DNA from: Chrysomallon squamiferum
Taxonomy: Eukaryota > Animalia > Mollusca
Assembly (NCBI GenBank): GCA_012295275.1
Contig: CM022677.1
Span: 3,844,001-3,908,000, forward strand
DNA: 64,000 nt
Direction of reading: 5' to 3'
Of the stretch, positions 1-14,043 are shown piece by piece (the first letter of the stretch is position 1; every line of letters begins with the position of its first letter). The notes beneath the pieces are model-generated. The model was not told where the DNA came from. It ran no database searches and was given only the letters and a program-made list of their open reading frames with translations. The position numbers and the translations under genes were made by a program.

Positions 1-640
1 CGTATGCAGATGTACATGGGCTATTAGGAAGCTGTTTTATATAATTAGGGGAAGTTCCGTTATTTAATAAACTAAGAAACACTGGGGTTTAAGTAACTGA
101 AAATTGGTATTAAAAGCTTCAAAGTAAATTCAGAAAGGCTATCTGCAGAGCTGTAGCTACTGGTGTATAAGTAGCGGCACGCGTTTTGAACGAGATCGAA
201 TATCTCACAACAGACTCTCCACCGTGATGGTCGACATGGTGCAAGCCCGGAAGAGAAGCTGTGAAGAATACTAACGGACGGATTGTGCTTACTAAGCGGA
301 ATTCAGAAACGAAAAAGATACTGTACCATTTTCTTTATTTATTTAGACTGAAATTCTTATTTATATTATTTGTAGGCTTTTGTATTATTGTTACTTTTAT
401 TACTTTTTTTTTTTTTTTTTTTTTACTGTTTGTTCGTCTTTTGTCTTTTACTTTCCGGTATCTTAAATAACCGATATATCTTATCTTTATCTCGATCTGA
501 AAGTGAGTTGCGTTAGCTTTAGTCTTTTTTTTGAATTAATATAGAATTGTCTATATATTTAAAAAATCCAAGTATATTTTAAAAAACCAAAGAAACAATA
601 ACAACAAAACAACAACAACCCACACATTTACACAACAAAC

Positions 641-1352
641 ATGACAACAAAAAACATGAACCCTAGCTCCGTCGAAAAAACACACAACAGAAAAAAAAAC
701 AAAAAGAACCAAAAAAAAATCGACAGAAATCTACTCATTTTGGCAAGGAAGAACAAAAACGTAACAGACACGGAAGACACGAAAGACGAAACAAAACGCT
801 TGGAAAATAATTAAAAGAAACAAAACAAAACATACCCACAGCCGAACCATCATTGCAATACACAGAAAAAACCACTCAAACATCGACAAAAAGTTGCGCT
901 ACTTACTAGAAGCACAAATACACATTACTGATAAAACAACAAAAGTGAACAATAATCAAAACGGAAAAGAAATCTACTTCGAAGTAGATACAAAAACACT
1001 AAAAACAATCGGTCCCAACATTACCATCTGGGACGAAACATTTGTTGTCAGGGTTTTACCAAAAATAATCCCTGACACAAAACAGACACAGAAAAAAACA
1101 CCCACACCACAACCCAGAAAAACACTGCTCACACAACAGCAGCCAAAACAACTACCAATTACGAAACAACAACAACTTCAACCTAAACAAACAACAAAAG
1201 CAAAAGATACAACAATATATAAATACATTTCAAAAGATTTGGGTTTTTATTACCCCTATCCAAACCAAACTAGATTTCTTTGAAATGTTCAACAAAGAAC
1301 TAGTACAACAAACAAATTCAACACTAGTCGGTGTGGAAATGTGGAAAAAGCC
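641..1352 (+). mobile_element. A-rich broken ORF, possibly ORF1 (gag-like) of a non-LTR retrotransposon, truncated by the gap
   Basis: Strongly A-skewed K/T/Q/N-rich ORFs (894-1283, 1285 onward) follow a T-rich tract, a layout seen at LINE 5' ends. No diagnostic motif is visible. Confidence 0.3.
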
Positions 1353-1552
1353 NNNNNNNNNNNNNNNNNNNNNNNNNNNNNNNNNNNNNNNNNNNNNNNN
1401 NNNNNNNNNNNNNNNNNNNNNNNNNNNNNNNNNNNNNNNNNNNNNNNNNNNNNNNNNNNNNNNNNNNNNNNNNNNNNNNNNNNNNNNNNNNNNNNNNNNN
1501 NNNNNNNNNNNNNNNNNNNNNNNNNNNNNNNNNNNNNNNNNNNNNNNNNNNN
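1353..1552. other. Assembly gap (200 N)
   Basis: Run of N characters. Confidence 0.99.
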
Positions 1553-1715
1553 TAAGCATTTTTGTTTCTTTCTTTTTCGTCTAAAGTTTTTAACATGCTA
1601 AGATAATGTGTTACATATAGAAGAACAGATACTGGAAACTCGAATAACTTTCTCGCTCACGAATTTACAATAACTTTGAGATACCCAATTCACACGAAAG
1701 GAAGTTGAATTAAAA

Positions 1716-1753
1716 ATGTTGTCTGTAATAATTATACTGTTTGTCATAGATAT
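1716..1753 (+). CDS. Candidate signal-peptide first exon of the ShKT/MEGF-like gene
   Basis: ATG opens MLSVIIILFVID followed by a GTAAGT donor in phase 2, compatible with the AG acceptor at 2464-2465. Confidence 0.35.
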
Positions 1754-2465
1754 GTAAGTTTGTCGAGCTTAAATAAGTGTTATTATTTGACACTCGTAAC
1801 TGTTTAGTAGTAGCACAACTACCTGCCAGCAATAACTGATATTTTCCTAAATTTAATAGTGTGTTTTGTGTTCTCTCGCTAGAGTGACAGAACGGTTGGC
1901 GTCTCCAGTTTTAATTCCCCCACTGCAGACACAACAGCGATATTCAGGAACACATTCTTACTTTAGAGGAGAAACTGTTTTAATCATTAAACTTTGATAA
2001 ATTCTTATTTAAACTTTTATTTAAACTTTTAGTTAAAGTTTAATAAATGTTATTTTAGTATAATGCCTTAATTGTTAAATTCTTGAGTGCTTGGTGAGCA
2101 TTCCAACTTTTCACAGAGTGAAAGTTGGTGATACCTAAAACAAAATAGTTGCCGAGCATTGTTTTAAAATTCTCTCTCAACACAATGATATAGATATCAG
2201 TCTGCTACTACAAAATACAACAACAACAACAACAAACCTAATAAATAAATAAAATTACTCATAAAGTAATTTTATAACCAAAATTATATATATATGTATA
2301 CATGCAAGTGGATTAGCATGAATGTATAAATATATATTAACACAGTTGGATGTTTGTATCTATGTTTGTATGTATGAAGTATGTAAGTCCATCTGTATAT
2401 ATGTATATTTTTGCACCATGAATACTGCTTGATATAACCCTTTTTCAAACTGTTCAGTTTTAGAG

Positions 2466-2560
2466 TTTCACATGTAAAGACAACACAGACTTATGTTTCT
2501 TTGAAAACTGCAAGCTGCAAACCGAAATGAACTGTATGAAGACTTGTGAAGTTTGTACAG
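2466..2560 (+). CDS. ShKT (ShK toxin-like) domain exon
   Basis: Translates FTCKDNTDLCFFENCKLQTEMNCMKTCEVCT: six Cys with C-x-D start and C-x-K-T-C-x-x-C end. Flanked by AG and GT; the phase-1 end matches the exon at 3274. Confidence 0.7.
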
Positions 2561-3273
2561 GTGAAGTCAAGAGGAACAGAATAGATAGACATGATAGTTG
2601 ATATGTTAAGTAAGGATAAGTAAACAGGATAGTTCATATGTTAAGGAAGGATAAATAGGATAGTTGGTATGTTAAGTCATAATAGATACACAGGATTGTT
2701 GAGATGTTAAGACAGGATACCAAAGAGCTAGACTTTAAGTAGGATTAACATACAGGATATATGATAACATACACATGTCAGATAGGAATAGGTATATAAG
2801 GAAGGATATGTAAGCAGAATAGAACCATACTGTTCTGAGTACGATAGATGAGCATGACAGATACTAGTACAGAAAGGAAAGCTATGTATTAGGCAGGATA
2901 CCTTGTATATTAATTAGGATATGTGTAAGGTTACCAGTTATGTTAAGAAAAGATATATAGACACACGGAACACTTGGGGTACCAGTATACAAGATATATT
3001 TGAAAGGATAAGATATGTAGCATATCATGGCTGGGCAGTTTAATTCTGCTTTGAACATGCGATGTCGGTTTCATGAATACAGACGCGAGCGTACACACAT
3101 ACATACGAACAGACACACACCACATACAACACAGTCACAAAATATTTATATCTTTAATCTCTGTTAACAAATATAACGATTTGTCATTTGTACACATACA
3201 TACTCAGCAAATCAATATTACACACAACACAATGTAATTATCGGTAAATGAATACGAGCTATTCTATTTTTAG

Positions 3274-4347
3274 ATGAGGGGTGTTCTGAAGGTTATTACC
3301 ATGGTGATAGCGAAACATGTTACTCCTGTTCTGTCAAAGACACAAAAAGTTCACAAAGTTACAAAGAAAAATGTAATATATTTTGTCCCAGTAACAAAAC
3401 GCATGGTCAACTCTGTGATGAGAACTGTAGTGACAGTTGTTTGGACAGAAAATGTAACCGATGGACTGGGGATTGGGATCATTGTCCTTCTGGATTCTCT
3501 GGACCACGTTGTAAGCAGCGTTCTCACTGTAACAACATCGACGACATACGCTTCTGCATCGGTGAGTGTTCTCCTGGTTATTTTGGTCCAAAGTGTGAAG
3601 AGGAGTGTCCTCTGCGATGTGAACATGAAGTCTGCAACAAAAAGACGGGAGAGTGTTTACAATGCATTGAAGGATTTTGGGGTCAGTTTTGTCAGTTTCC
3701 TTGTCCATGCAACTGTCTAGGAAATTCATTCTGTCACGGTTGCAAAGTTGGCTTTTTCGGAATGAACTGCTCAGAGAAATGCAGTGAGAACTGTGTACAT
3801 CAGGTATGTAACAGGGAGAACGGATCATGTATGGACGGCTGTGTTTCTGGTAAATATTACAGAGACCACTGTGACAAAGACTGTCCTCATCGTTGTCTGA
3901 ATTCTACGTGTGATAGCACAACCAGGAAATGTAAGAATGGATGCAACGGCACTGATATTTATGGGGCGTTTTTCAACTATTCTTGTGGCTTGGATTTTCG
4001 AACTGTGCAGTGTGAAAATATCTCTGATTACGTTGAATGCAGAGCTGTTTGTGTCAGCGGAAGAACATTTCAGTGATTTCTGTCCTAGGAACTGTAATGG
4101 ATCATGTCATCAGCTTTCAGGACAATGTCTCCATGGCTGTGTTTCTGGTTACCATGGTATCTACTGCAACAAATCATGCCCCACTACCTGTCTCGGAAGT
4201 GCATGTCATCAAAACAACAGAACGTGTGTACACGGATGTGTAACGTGGTTATACGGACGACGTGCTCAAATCGATGCAGTGACAACTGTGCTGTGTGTGA
4301 TACTAATGGGATCTGTATTTTGTCTTCAAACGATAGTCACAACGAAT
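3274..4347 (+). pseudogene. Multiple EGF-like-domain (MEGF10/11, SCARF-like) exon with two frameshifts
   Basis: Repeated C-x-x-G-[FY]-[FYW]-G-x-x-C-x-x-x-C motifs. Acceptor TTTTTAG before 3274 and donor GTAAGT at 4348. Frame shifts near 4070 (TGA at 4074) and near 4260; some Cys are lost (YGAFFNYSCG). Confidence 0.8.
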
Positions 4348-4375
4348 GTAAGTACACACACACACACACACACAC

Positions 4376-4710
4376 ACTACTATTAGTACTACTATTGTTA
4401 CTACTATTATTATCTCTAGTACTAACACTACTATTAGTACTACTACTATTACTACTATTATTATCTCTAGTACTAACACTACTATTACTACTAATATTAT
4501 CTCTAGTACTAACACTACTATTAGTACTACTACTATTACTACTATTATTATCTCTAGTACTACCACTACTATTAGTACTACTACTATTACTACTAATATT
4601 ATCTCTAGTACTAACACTACTATTAGTACTACTATTATTATCTCTAGTACTACCACTACTATTACTACTACTACTAATATCACTATTATTACTAGTGCTA
4701 CAACTATAAA
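4376..4710. repeat. ACT/ATT trinucleotide-derived compound minisatellite
   Basis: Repeated CTACTATTA...TCTCTAGTACTAACA units. Confidence 0.9.
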
Positions 4711-4927
4711 AAGTATTACTAATACTACTGTTTTAACACCAATTTATTACTGCTACTACTTTCAGCACTGCAGTTACAGTTGATGACAGACTGTTTCTCA
4801 GATGAAACTTGATAGACGCTTAACAATAACATTAGAAATAAAATACATTTCATGTCATTTTAGTTTGTACAAGCCGGCACTCTGTTTGAAACTATAGCTA
4901 TGATTGGTCCCAAATGAATGAGAGTTA

Positions 4928-4979
<52 letters not shown>

Positions 4980-5419
4980 GCAATTTTATCCATAAGCTAA
5001 CTTGGAACAATATGTTAAGGATTCAACTGAATATAAATGTTACGCTAAAAAAAAAAAAATTAAAATTAAAAATTAAAAAATTAAAGTAATGCAACACTAA
5101 TCCTTGCCATAAACCTAACCATAAACTTACACAAACCACACCTTTAACTGTAACCCTAATTCTAATCATAACCAAACTATTAACTCTGACTCTGATAAGT
5201 TTACTTGTAACACTCTCATGAATGAAATAAATGTTATTTTAAATTTTACCTGAAAAGTCACTGAACTTTGGAAAGTTAATTTTTTTTAAATAAAAGTAAT
5301 ATTAAAAGTTATCCTAAGACTAATCAGAAAATATTCCACATTTTATTTGAATAGTGACTTTAGATAAATGGATAATTAAACTTTACCTCACCCTCATATG
5401 AGGCCTAACCAAAACATAA

Positions 5420-6240
5420 TGCTAACCTTAATCTTGAACATAAAACATAACCCCAAACTAACCTAAATGTTATCATAGTGTTAGCCCTGAACATAAAACA
5501 TAACCCCAACACTAACCTAAATGTTACCATAGTGTTAATCTTGAACATAAAACATAACCCCAACATTAACCTAAATGTTATCATAGTGTTAACCCTTGAA
5601 CATAAAACATAACCCCAACACTAACCTAAATGTTACCATAGTGTTAATCTTGAACATAAAACATAACCCCAACATTAACCTAAATGTTACCATAGTGTTA
5701 ATCTTGAACATAAAACATAACCCCAACACTAACCTAAATGTTACCATAGAGTTAACCCTGAACATAAAACATAACCCCAACACTAACCTAAATGTTACCA
5801 TAGTGTTAGCCCTGAACATAAAACATAACCCCAACACTAACCTAAATGTTACCATAGTGTTAGCCCTGAACATAAAACATAACCCCAACACTAACCTAAA
5901 TGTTACCATAGTGTTAACCCTGAACATAAAACATAACCCCAACACTAACCTAAATGTTACCATAGTGTTAATCTTGAACATAAAACATAACCCCAACATT
6001 AACCTAAATGTTACCATAGTGTTAGCCCTGAACATAAAACATAACCCGAACACTAACCTAAATGTTACCATAGTGTTAATCTTGAACATAAAACATAACC
6101 CCAACATTAACCTAAATGTTACCATAGTGTTAGCCCTGAACATAAAACATAACCCCAACACTAATGTTACCATAGTGTTAATCTTGAACATAAAACATAA
6201 CCCCAACACTAACCTAAATGTTACCATAGTGTTAACCCTG
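5420..6240. repeat. 54-bp minisatellite, about 15 copies
   Basis: Unit AACATAAAACATAACCCCAACACTAACCTAAATGTTACCATAGTGTTA[ATCTTG/GCCCTG], period 5761 to 5815. Confidence 0.95.
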
Positions 6241-7329
6241 TCCATACTCTTTTTTTTAATAATATGATAAATTAAGGATTTATAGAAAAAAACAATTGAT
6301 TTTAAAATATATGATAACACTCATCACAAGCTTTCCAAAATTGATTTTATAAATAAAATCATTGTAAATTTTATACTAATACTCAACACAATGTGTTTAA
6401 TTTTTTTATCCTAAAACTGTTTGTATATGCAAAATCTTTGGAGATCTATTGATAATTAAATCATCTAACCCTAATCATAATTGCTACCCTTAACCCAAAC
6501 CTAACCCTCACCTGTTTGATCCCAATATTCAACATAATTTTTTCATGTTTCATATGAAAACTACTTTAGACAGTCAGTTAGATAAATCTATGCTAAACAA
6601 AAATCTAACTCCACTCTAATCCTAACACTAATCTCAACTCCAACACTAACTCTAATGCTAAAAATAGCCCTAACCCTAATGGTAACCATAACCTTAACCC
6701 TACACATAGCCTTAACCTTACTTGCAATAATGTGATAAAGTAATGATTTACTGAAATAAAACTTATTTTAAATTTTATCCTAATACTCATGTATATTTTA
6801 AAAGGTGTTGTAATTAATCATAACATTTTTCAAGTTTTATATCTTGAGAATCTTGAACTAAATATATAATCAAATGAACGCTGACCATAATCCTAAAACC
6901 AGCCCTAATATTTACCCTAATCATCACCCAAAGCCAAAGCTTAACCCCTATCCTAACTTTAATTCCAACACTGACCCTTATTCTAAACCTAACCCAACCC
7001 TAATGCTAGCTGACACCCATCCATAAACCTTCACACTAAGCATAACCATAACCCTAATGCAAACTGTTAACACTCACCAATAGCTTCACATTACTCTTAA
7101 ACATAATGTTAACCCTAACACTAACATTAATCACAGCATAACATTATCTGATAAACTAAGGCTTTCTTTAAATGTTATTCTAACAATCATAATATACTTT
7201 CTCAACTAAACTGTTTTTGAAATTAAAGATGTCTTTAAATTTTAATCTGAAAAAGTATACTAAACTTTTTCAAGTTTTCTATAAAATATAGGTAATTAAA
7301 TCTAACACAAACCCTAAGTATAACGTTAA

Positions 7330-8010
7330 TGCTAACCTAAAACCTGACACTATCACTAACCCTAACCTAGTCACACTTCTAATGCTAACCTAAACCTAAC
7401 ACTATCACTAACTCTAAACCTAGTCACACTTCTAATGCTAACCTAAACCTAACACTATCACTAACCCTAACCCTAGTCACACTTCTAATGCTAACCTAAA
7501 CCTAAACCTAACACTATCACTAACCCTAACCCTAGTCACACTTCTAATGCTAACCTAAACCTAACACTATCACTAACCCTAACCCTAGTCACACTTCTAA
7601 TGCTAACCTAAACCTAACACTATCACTAACCTAAACCTAGTCACACTTCTAATGCTAACCTAAACCTAACACTATCACTAACCCTAAACCTAGTCACACT
7701 TCTAATGCTAACCTAAACCTAACACTATCACTAACCCTAACCCTAGTCACACTTCTAATGCTAACCTAAACCTAACACTATCACTAACCCTAACCCTAGT
7801 CACACTTCTAATGCTAACCTAAACCTAACACTATCACTAACCCTAACCCTAGTCACACTTCTAATGCTAACCTAAACCTAACACTATCACTAACCCTAAC
7901 CCTAGTCACACTTCTAATGCTAACCTAAACCTAACACTATCACTAACCCTAAACCTAGTCACACTTCTAATGCTAACCTAAACCTAACTCTATCACTAAC
8001 CCTAACACTT
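7330..8010. repeat. 53-bp minisatellite containing TAACCC hexamers, about 12 copies
   Basis: Unit CACACTTCTAATGCTAACCTAAACCTAACACTATCACTAACCCTAACCCTAGT, period 7801 to 7854. Confidence 0.95.
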
Positions 8011-8519
8011 GACCTACCCATAACTTTACTTGTAAAGATAAACTATTGGTATTTATGAAACCTTTAAACTCTTTAGTTAAACACTAAAACCCTAACCCTA
8101 GTCAAACACTTTTCCTAATAACCTCATCCTAAAGCCCTAAAACCCACTTTATCCTCAACATTAACCTCATCCTGACCACAGCCCTTCTAATGCTAAACTA
8201 AAACTTTATCCTCAACACTAACATCCTAAACCTAGTCACACTTCTAATGCTAACCTAAAACCTAACTTTATCCTCAACACTAACCCTCATCCTGACCAAG
8301 CCCCTAACTAAATCCTGACCACAACTCGAACTTTATCCTCAACACTAACCCTCATCCTGACCACAGCCCTGCTCAGCCTCAGCCTAAGCCTAGCCATAAC
8401 GTTAGTGGTAACAAGATGAGTTACACCTGTTTATAAAATAAAACTTATTTTAAATTCTCTTTAGTTAATTAAATCTAACACAAATTTAAGCCAATACTAA
8501 ACCTAACCCAACTTAAACT

Positions 8520-8632
8520 CTAACCTTGATACTAAATTAAACTAAATTCTAATGCTAACCTTAATACTAAATTAAACCAAATTCTAATGCTAACCTTAAT
8601 ACTAAATTAAACCAAATTCTAATGCTAACCCA
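8520..8632. repeat. 35-bp tandem repeat, about 3 copies
   Basis: AACCTTAATACTAAATTAAACCAAATTCTAATGCT, period 8557 to 8592. Confidence 0.85.
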
Positions 8633-9423
8633 AATGCAGGTACACAACCATTTATCTAGCTTCCAGAAATCAAAAGAATTAAGAAAATAATTTAAAATAA
8701 AATTTAAAAAATCAGCTAGTTTTAAAACCAGTTATTTCTTAATCTGGTACAGTTCTTTTTACTTCAAATTTTTTCTTAATACTCATCATAAATTTGTCCA
8801 AGTTAACTTTTTAAATTTATAATTATATTACATTTTATCATGACAAAAATCTAAACTTTCCTGATTTAATTGTTACAGATAAAATATGTTTTAAATTTGT
8901 TCCTCAGACACATCATAAAATGTTGTGAGTTAATTTTTCTAAATGAAAGCTATACAAAAATTGTCCTCACTTTAAATTTGACAACTTTGTCTTTATTAGG
9001 GTCATTCTGTGTCAAATTACCCTCCCCGAAAAATACATTTTAAACCCGACTGTCTCAGATTTTTATGAAACTTGTTATACTTCTTGATTGTACAACACCA
9101 AATCTGAAACATTAATGGTTTGGGAGATATGGCCCACTTTTTCTTTGATTTAATTCATACTGAATGAGATAAATAAACCTTGACAGATTGAGTACATACA
9201 TTACTATGCTAATACACACTATCGTTTTGGTTAATTTATGTACAGCTACTTTTTGAACTGTATATTATATATAAGAAAAATAAATAAATAAATATTTAAG
9301 ATGAATTGAGGAAAAACAAAAAACTTTTAAAATACAAGATAAACAAGAAGAAAAATAAAAACAAAAAATAAAAAAGGGAATAAACAAATAAAGGAATTCA
9401 ATTAGTATAGAATTTTTGCACCA

Positions 9424-9474
<51 letters not shown>

Positions 9475-9497
9475 TAATAATAATAATAAAATAAAAT

Positions 9498-9555
<58 letters not shown>

Positions 9556-10158
9556 CAATTTAATTCATCATTGGTTTGATAAAGATTTATCTTTCTAAAT
9601 TAATATGGATAAAAGCCATATTCCATTTTTGTTGTATTTTTGTTATTTACTTTAAATAATTATGATTAAAAAAATTAACATACATGTATGTTAAAACAGT
9701 TTATTAAAAAGAGTATATTTGGTAAATAACTAATGATTACAAGGAATTGTGGATTGTCAGTCAAAGTTCTTTAATGTTGTTAATGAAATAAAGTTATGTA
9801 AGGTAATATAAACAGAGTTAACTGGAAACAAAAAATTAAAAATTAAAAAACACCAAAAAATACAACTCTCCATAAAATAAAATAAAAATAAAATAATGAA
9901 AAATAAAAAAAAAAAAAAACAACAACAAACATACAAATAAAAATACTTATGTGCATGCAAATGTGATTTTAAACCATATTTAATTTGCCATTCATAATTA
10001 TTGTAAAGCTTAGGAAACCAAAAAACAAATGTTACCAAAAATGTACCCAAAAATGAATAATAATAATAAAATAATATATATATTAAATAGTAAGTTTCTC
10101 ATTGATGTATATAAACATATAATATGTATTTGATTTTTAATTCTATTACTATTATTTT

Positions 10159-10190
<32 letters not shown>

Positions 10191-10267
10191 ATTGAAAACT
10201 GTAATCTAAAAACAATAACACAAACAACTGTAACTAAATGTACACTGTTAAACCTAATAACACAAAA

Positions 10268-11720
10268 CCTAATGTTAAACTTAACTTTGTACCTAATGTT
10301 AAACTTAACTTTGTACCTAATGTTAAACTTAACTTTGTACTTAATGTTAAACTTAACTTTGTACCTAATGTTAAACTTAACTTTGTACTTAATGTTAAAC
10401 TTAACTTTGTACTTAATGTTAAACTTAACTTTGTACCTAATGTTAAACTTAACTAATGTTAAACTTAACTTTGTACCTAATGTTAAACTTAACTTTGTAC
10501 CTAATGTTAAACTTAACTTTGTACCTAATGTTAAACTTAACTTTGTACTTAATGTTAAACTTAACTTTGTACTTAATGTTAAACTTAACTTTGTACTTAA
10601 TGTTAAACTTAACTTTGTACCTAATGTTAAACTTAACTTTGTACCTAATGTTAAACTTAACTTTGTACCTAATGTTAAACCCTGTACTTAATGTTAAACT
10701 TAACTTTGTACTTAATGTTAAACTTAACTTTGTACTTAATGTTAAACTTAACTTTGTACCTAATGTTAAACTTAACTTTGTACCTAATGTTAAACTTAAC
10801 TTTGTACCTAATGTTAAACTTAACTTTGTACTTAATGTTAAACTTAACTTTGTACCTAATGTTAAACTTAACTTTGTACTTAATGTTAAACTTAACTTTG
10901 TACCTAATGTTAAACTTAACTTTGTACTTAATGTTAAACTTAACTTTGTACTTAATGTTAAACTTAACTTTGTACTTAATGTTAAACTTAACTTTGTACC
11001 TAATGTTAAACTTAACTTTGTACCTAATGTTAAACTTAACTTTGTACTTAATGTTAAACTTAACTTTGTACTTAATGTTAAACTTAACTTTGTACCTAAT
11101 GTTAAACTTAACTTTGTACCTAATGTTAAACTTAACTTTGTACTTAATGTTAAACTTAACTTTGTACTTAATGTTAAACTTAACTTTGTACTTAATGTTA
11201 AACTTAACTTTGTACCTAATGTTAAACTTAACTTTGTACCTAATGTTAAACTTAACTTTGTACCTAATGTTAAACTTAACTTTGTACCTAATGTTAAACT
11301 TAACTTTGTACCTAATGTTAAACTTAACTTTGTACTTAATGTTAAACTTAACTTTGTACTTAATGTTAAACTTAACTTTGTACCTAATGTTAAACTTAAC
11401 TTTGTACCTAACCTAATGTTAAACTTAACTTTGTACTTAATGTTAAACTTAACTTTGTACTTAATGTTAAACTTAACTTTGTACTTAATGTTAAACTTAA
11501 CTTTGTACCTAATGTTAAACTTAACTTTGTACTTAATGTTAAACTTAACTTTGTACCTAATGTTAAATTTAACTTTGTACCTAATGTTAAACTTAACCCT
11601 GTACTTAATGTTAAACTTAACTTTGTACTTAATGTTAAACTTAACTTTGTACTTAATGTTAAACTTAACCCTGTACCTAATGTTAAACTTAACTTTGTAC
11701 CTAATGTTAAACTTAACCCT
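10268..11720. repeat. 24-bp minisatellite, about 60 copies, two interspersed variants
   Basis: Unit C[C/T]TAATGTTAAACTTAACTTTGTA. Confidence 0.97.
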
Positions 11721-12083
11721 AACCCAACTATAACATTAACCCTTACCACAGGCTAAACCTGATGCTAAATCTAACCCTAACCTAACTATAACATTAACCT
11801 TTACCACAGGCTAAACCTGATGCTAAATCTAACCCTAACCATAACTGTAGCCATAAACTTACTTTTTCTTAATTCTCAAACATTCAGTTTGAATGATGCT
11901 AATATCATTTTTGTCATATTCACTGATTTAATTGGACAGTTAAGTGAACTCACTCTGTAAGTCAAATTAAGTTTTCACATTAAAGTAGGTTGAATATAAT
12001 TTTATGATCAGCATGCAAATAGGAATTATTTGCATAGTTGTTGTGTGGCTGCACTTTCTAAACAATACTGCTTATTTTTATGA

Positions 12084-12125
<42 letters not shown>

Positions 12126-12378
12126 GGCAAAAATTATGTCAGTTACTGGCTTATTATGAAATTTGGATAGCCACAGGATGGATTTAAAATCCTCATAAAT
12201 ATATGCAAGAATAGGATTAAAATCTGAAAATAATTTTGAAATATTAATTCAAACAAAATTAATATAAAATTCTTTTTAAAAGACATAGTGATTTTTCTAT
12301 CAGAATGATTTATTTGAAAGTCTTATTAACACACACACACACACACAAATACACACACAAATACACACACACACAAAT

Positions 12379-12410
<32 letters not shown>

Positions 12411-13671
12411 TGTATTTTAATGTAGAATGTTGCTGCAGTGTTTGGTGTTGTATCATTTAAAATGCTCTCTTTTTTTATATGCTAGATTTTATATGTCTGC
12501 ATTTTTGTTCTGACATTATGTTTTAAGTAACAAATTACCCTTTTGAATTTATGAAATTTTGTGATAGACTCGCTGAATTTCTTGATTTGTTCAACATTTT
12601 GTCTAAATAGATATGAATTGTAATATATGAAAACAAACTGCTATAAAACTGAACACGTGAAGATAGAGATTATAGAGAGATGCTAAAAGCAGGAGTTAAT
12701 TAAGTACAAGGTGGGTATAGTTTTACTGTTTCCATGATCAGCAAAACACATGTAATCATTGTAAGACTAATAAAACTAATATTAGTATTTATAACTTTAA
12801 TTTTAGAAATATTAATAGTAGTATTCGCAGTAGCAGTATTAGCAGTTTCAGTTTATTGGTTACAACAACAAAAACATAATAAAACATAATCGACTTACTT
12901 TGTTTTGTTGTTTTTCACTAAGTCAGTTTAGTCTCCCAGTATTAAGACATTATTTTTAAAGAAAAGATACACTAAGTAATAGAAATAAACAAAATGCACA
13001 TCATATCCATCATCCAATCATTAGAATGGAGAAAAATATAAAACAATTATCATAAAGCTATGAATTTACAATTGTTGCCATGTTCCTATTGTTGTTCCTA
13101 CTTGTCTAGTGACGTCATTCCGATTACGTAAATTGGCAAAGTTAATCGTCTCATTTATTTCTCACTTGAATCATTTACTTATTTGTTTGTTTAGTAATAC
13201 ATTTATAAATTTTGAAAATGTTTAGGTCACTTATTTTCCTAATCACTGCGTAACATAACTAGACTATATACGTCTAGACTGTAGGAACTCGGTATTTCAT
13301 CATGTTCGGACATTTCTGTAACATAACAAATTATGAAGAATTAATGTGGCCGTATTCGATTTTGTGAGACTGTTCTGTAACCGAAAACTTAGATTGAATG
13401 TTGAGATGGTTTCTGTGAACAAAATCACCATGTTGTAGTTCAGTTTTCTATATATAAATATAATATCGATACAACTGTTCAGAACAGTTAGCGGTTACAT
13501 TCTTTTGTCGTTAACTGGTTTTGGTTGCTGTGATGTGAAAATATAAACAAATGGGAAACCACTTTTCATATAGCAGTTTTATTAGTACTGTTATTGCAGT
13601 AGAAATAATATATACTAGTAGAAAAAATAGTAGTTGCAGTAGTAACAGTTGTTGTTGTTGTTGTTGTTGTT

Positions 13672-13702
<31 letters not shown>

Positions 13703-13899
13703 TTATTATTATTATTATTTGGGAGACTAGGTAGTGTACAAAAGGATTTATTTACAGCAAAGGTCATGTGTGTGTGTTGTATGTATGTATGTGTGTGTGT
13801 GTGTGTTTATATGTAGTTTAGGATTTTGAATAGTCTCTGTCTCAACAGACTTTGCACACAGACAATATTTTGGGAATGTATGTTTTGTTGTATGGACAG

Positions 13900-14011
13900 G
13901 GTATGTTATGTTGTTTGTTGTATATATATGTATGTTTTATTGTATGTATGTTTTGTTTTGTATATATATGTATGTTTGTTTTGTTATATATATATATGTA
14001 TGTTTTTTGTT

Positions 14012-14043
<32 letters not shown>

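Noticed and set aside
8997-9140. Possible DNA-transposon end (AGGGTCATTCTGTGTCAAAT...CAGATTTTTATGAAACTT)
   Set aside because: No matching opposite end was found in the window; the resemblance is only from memory.
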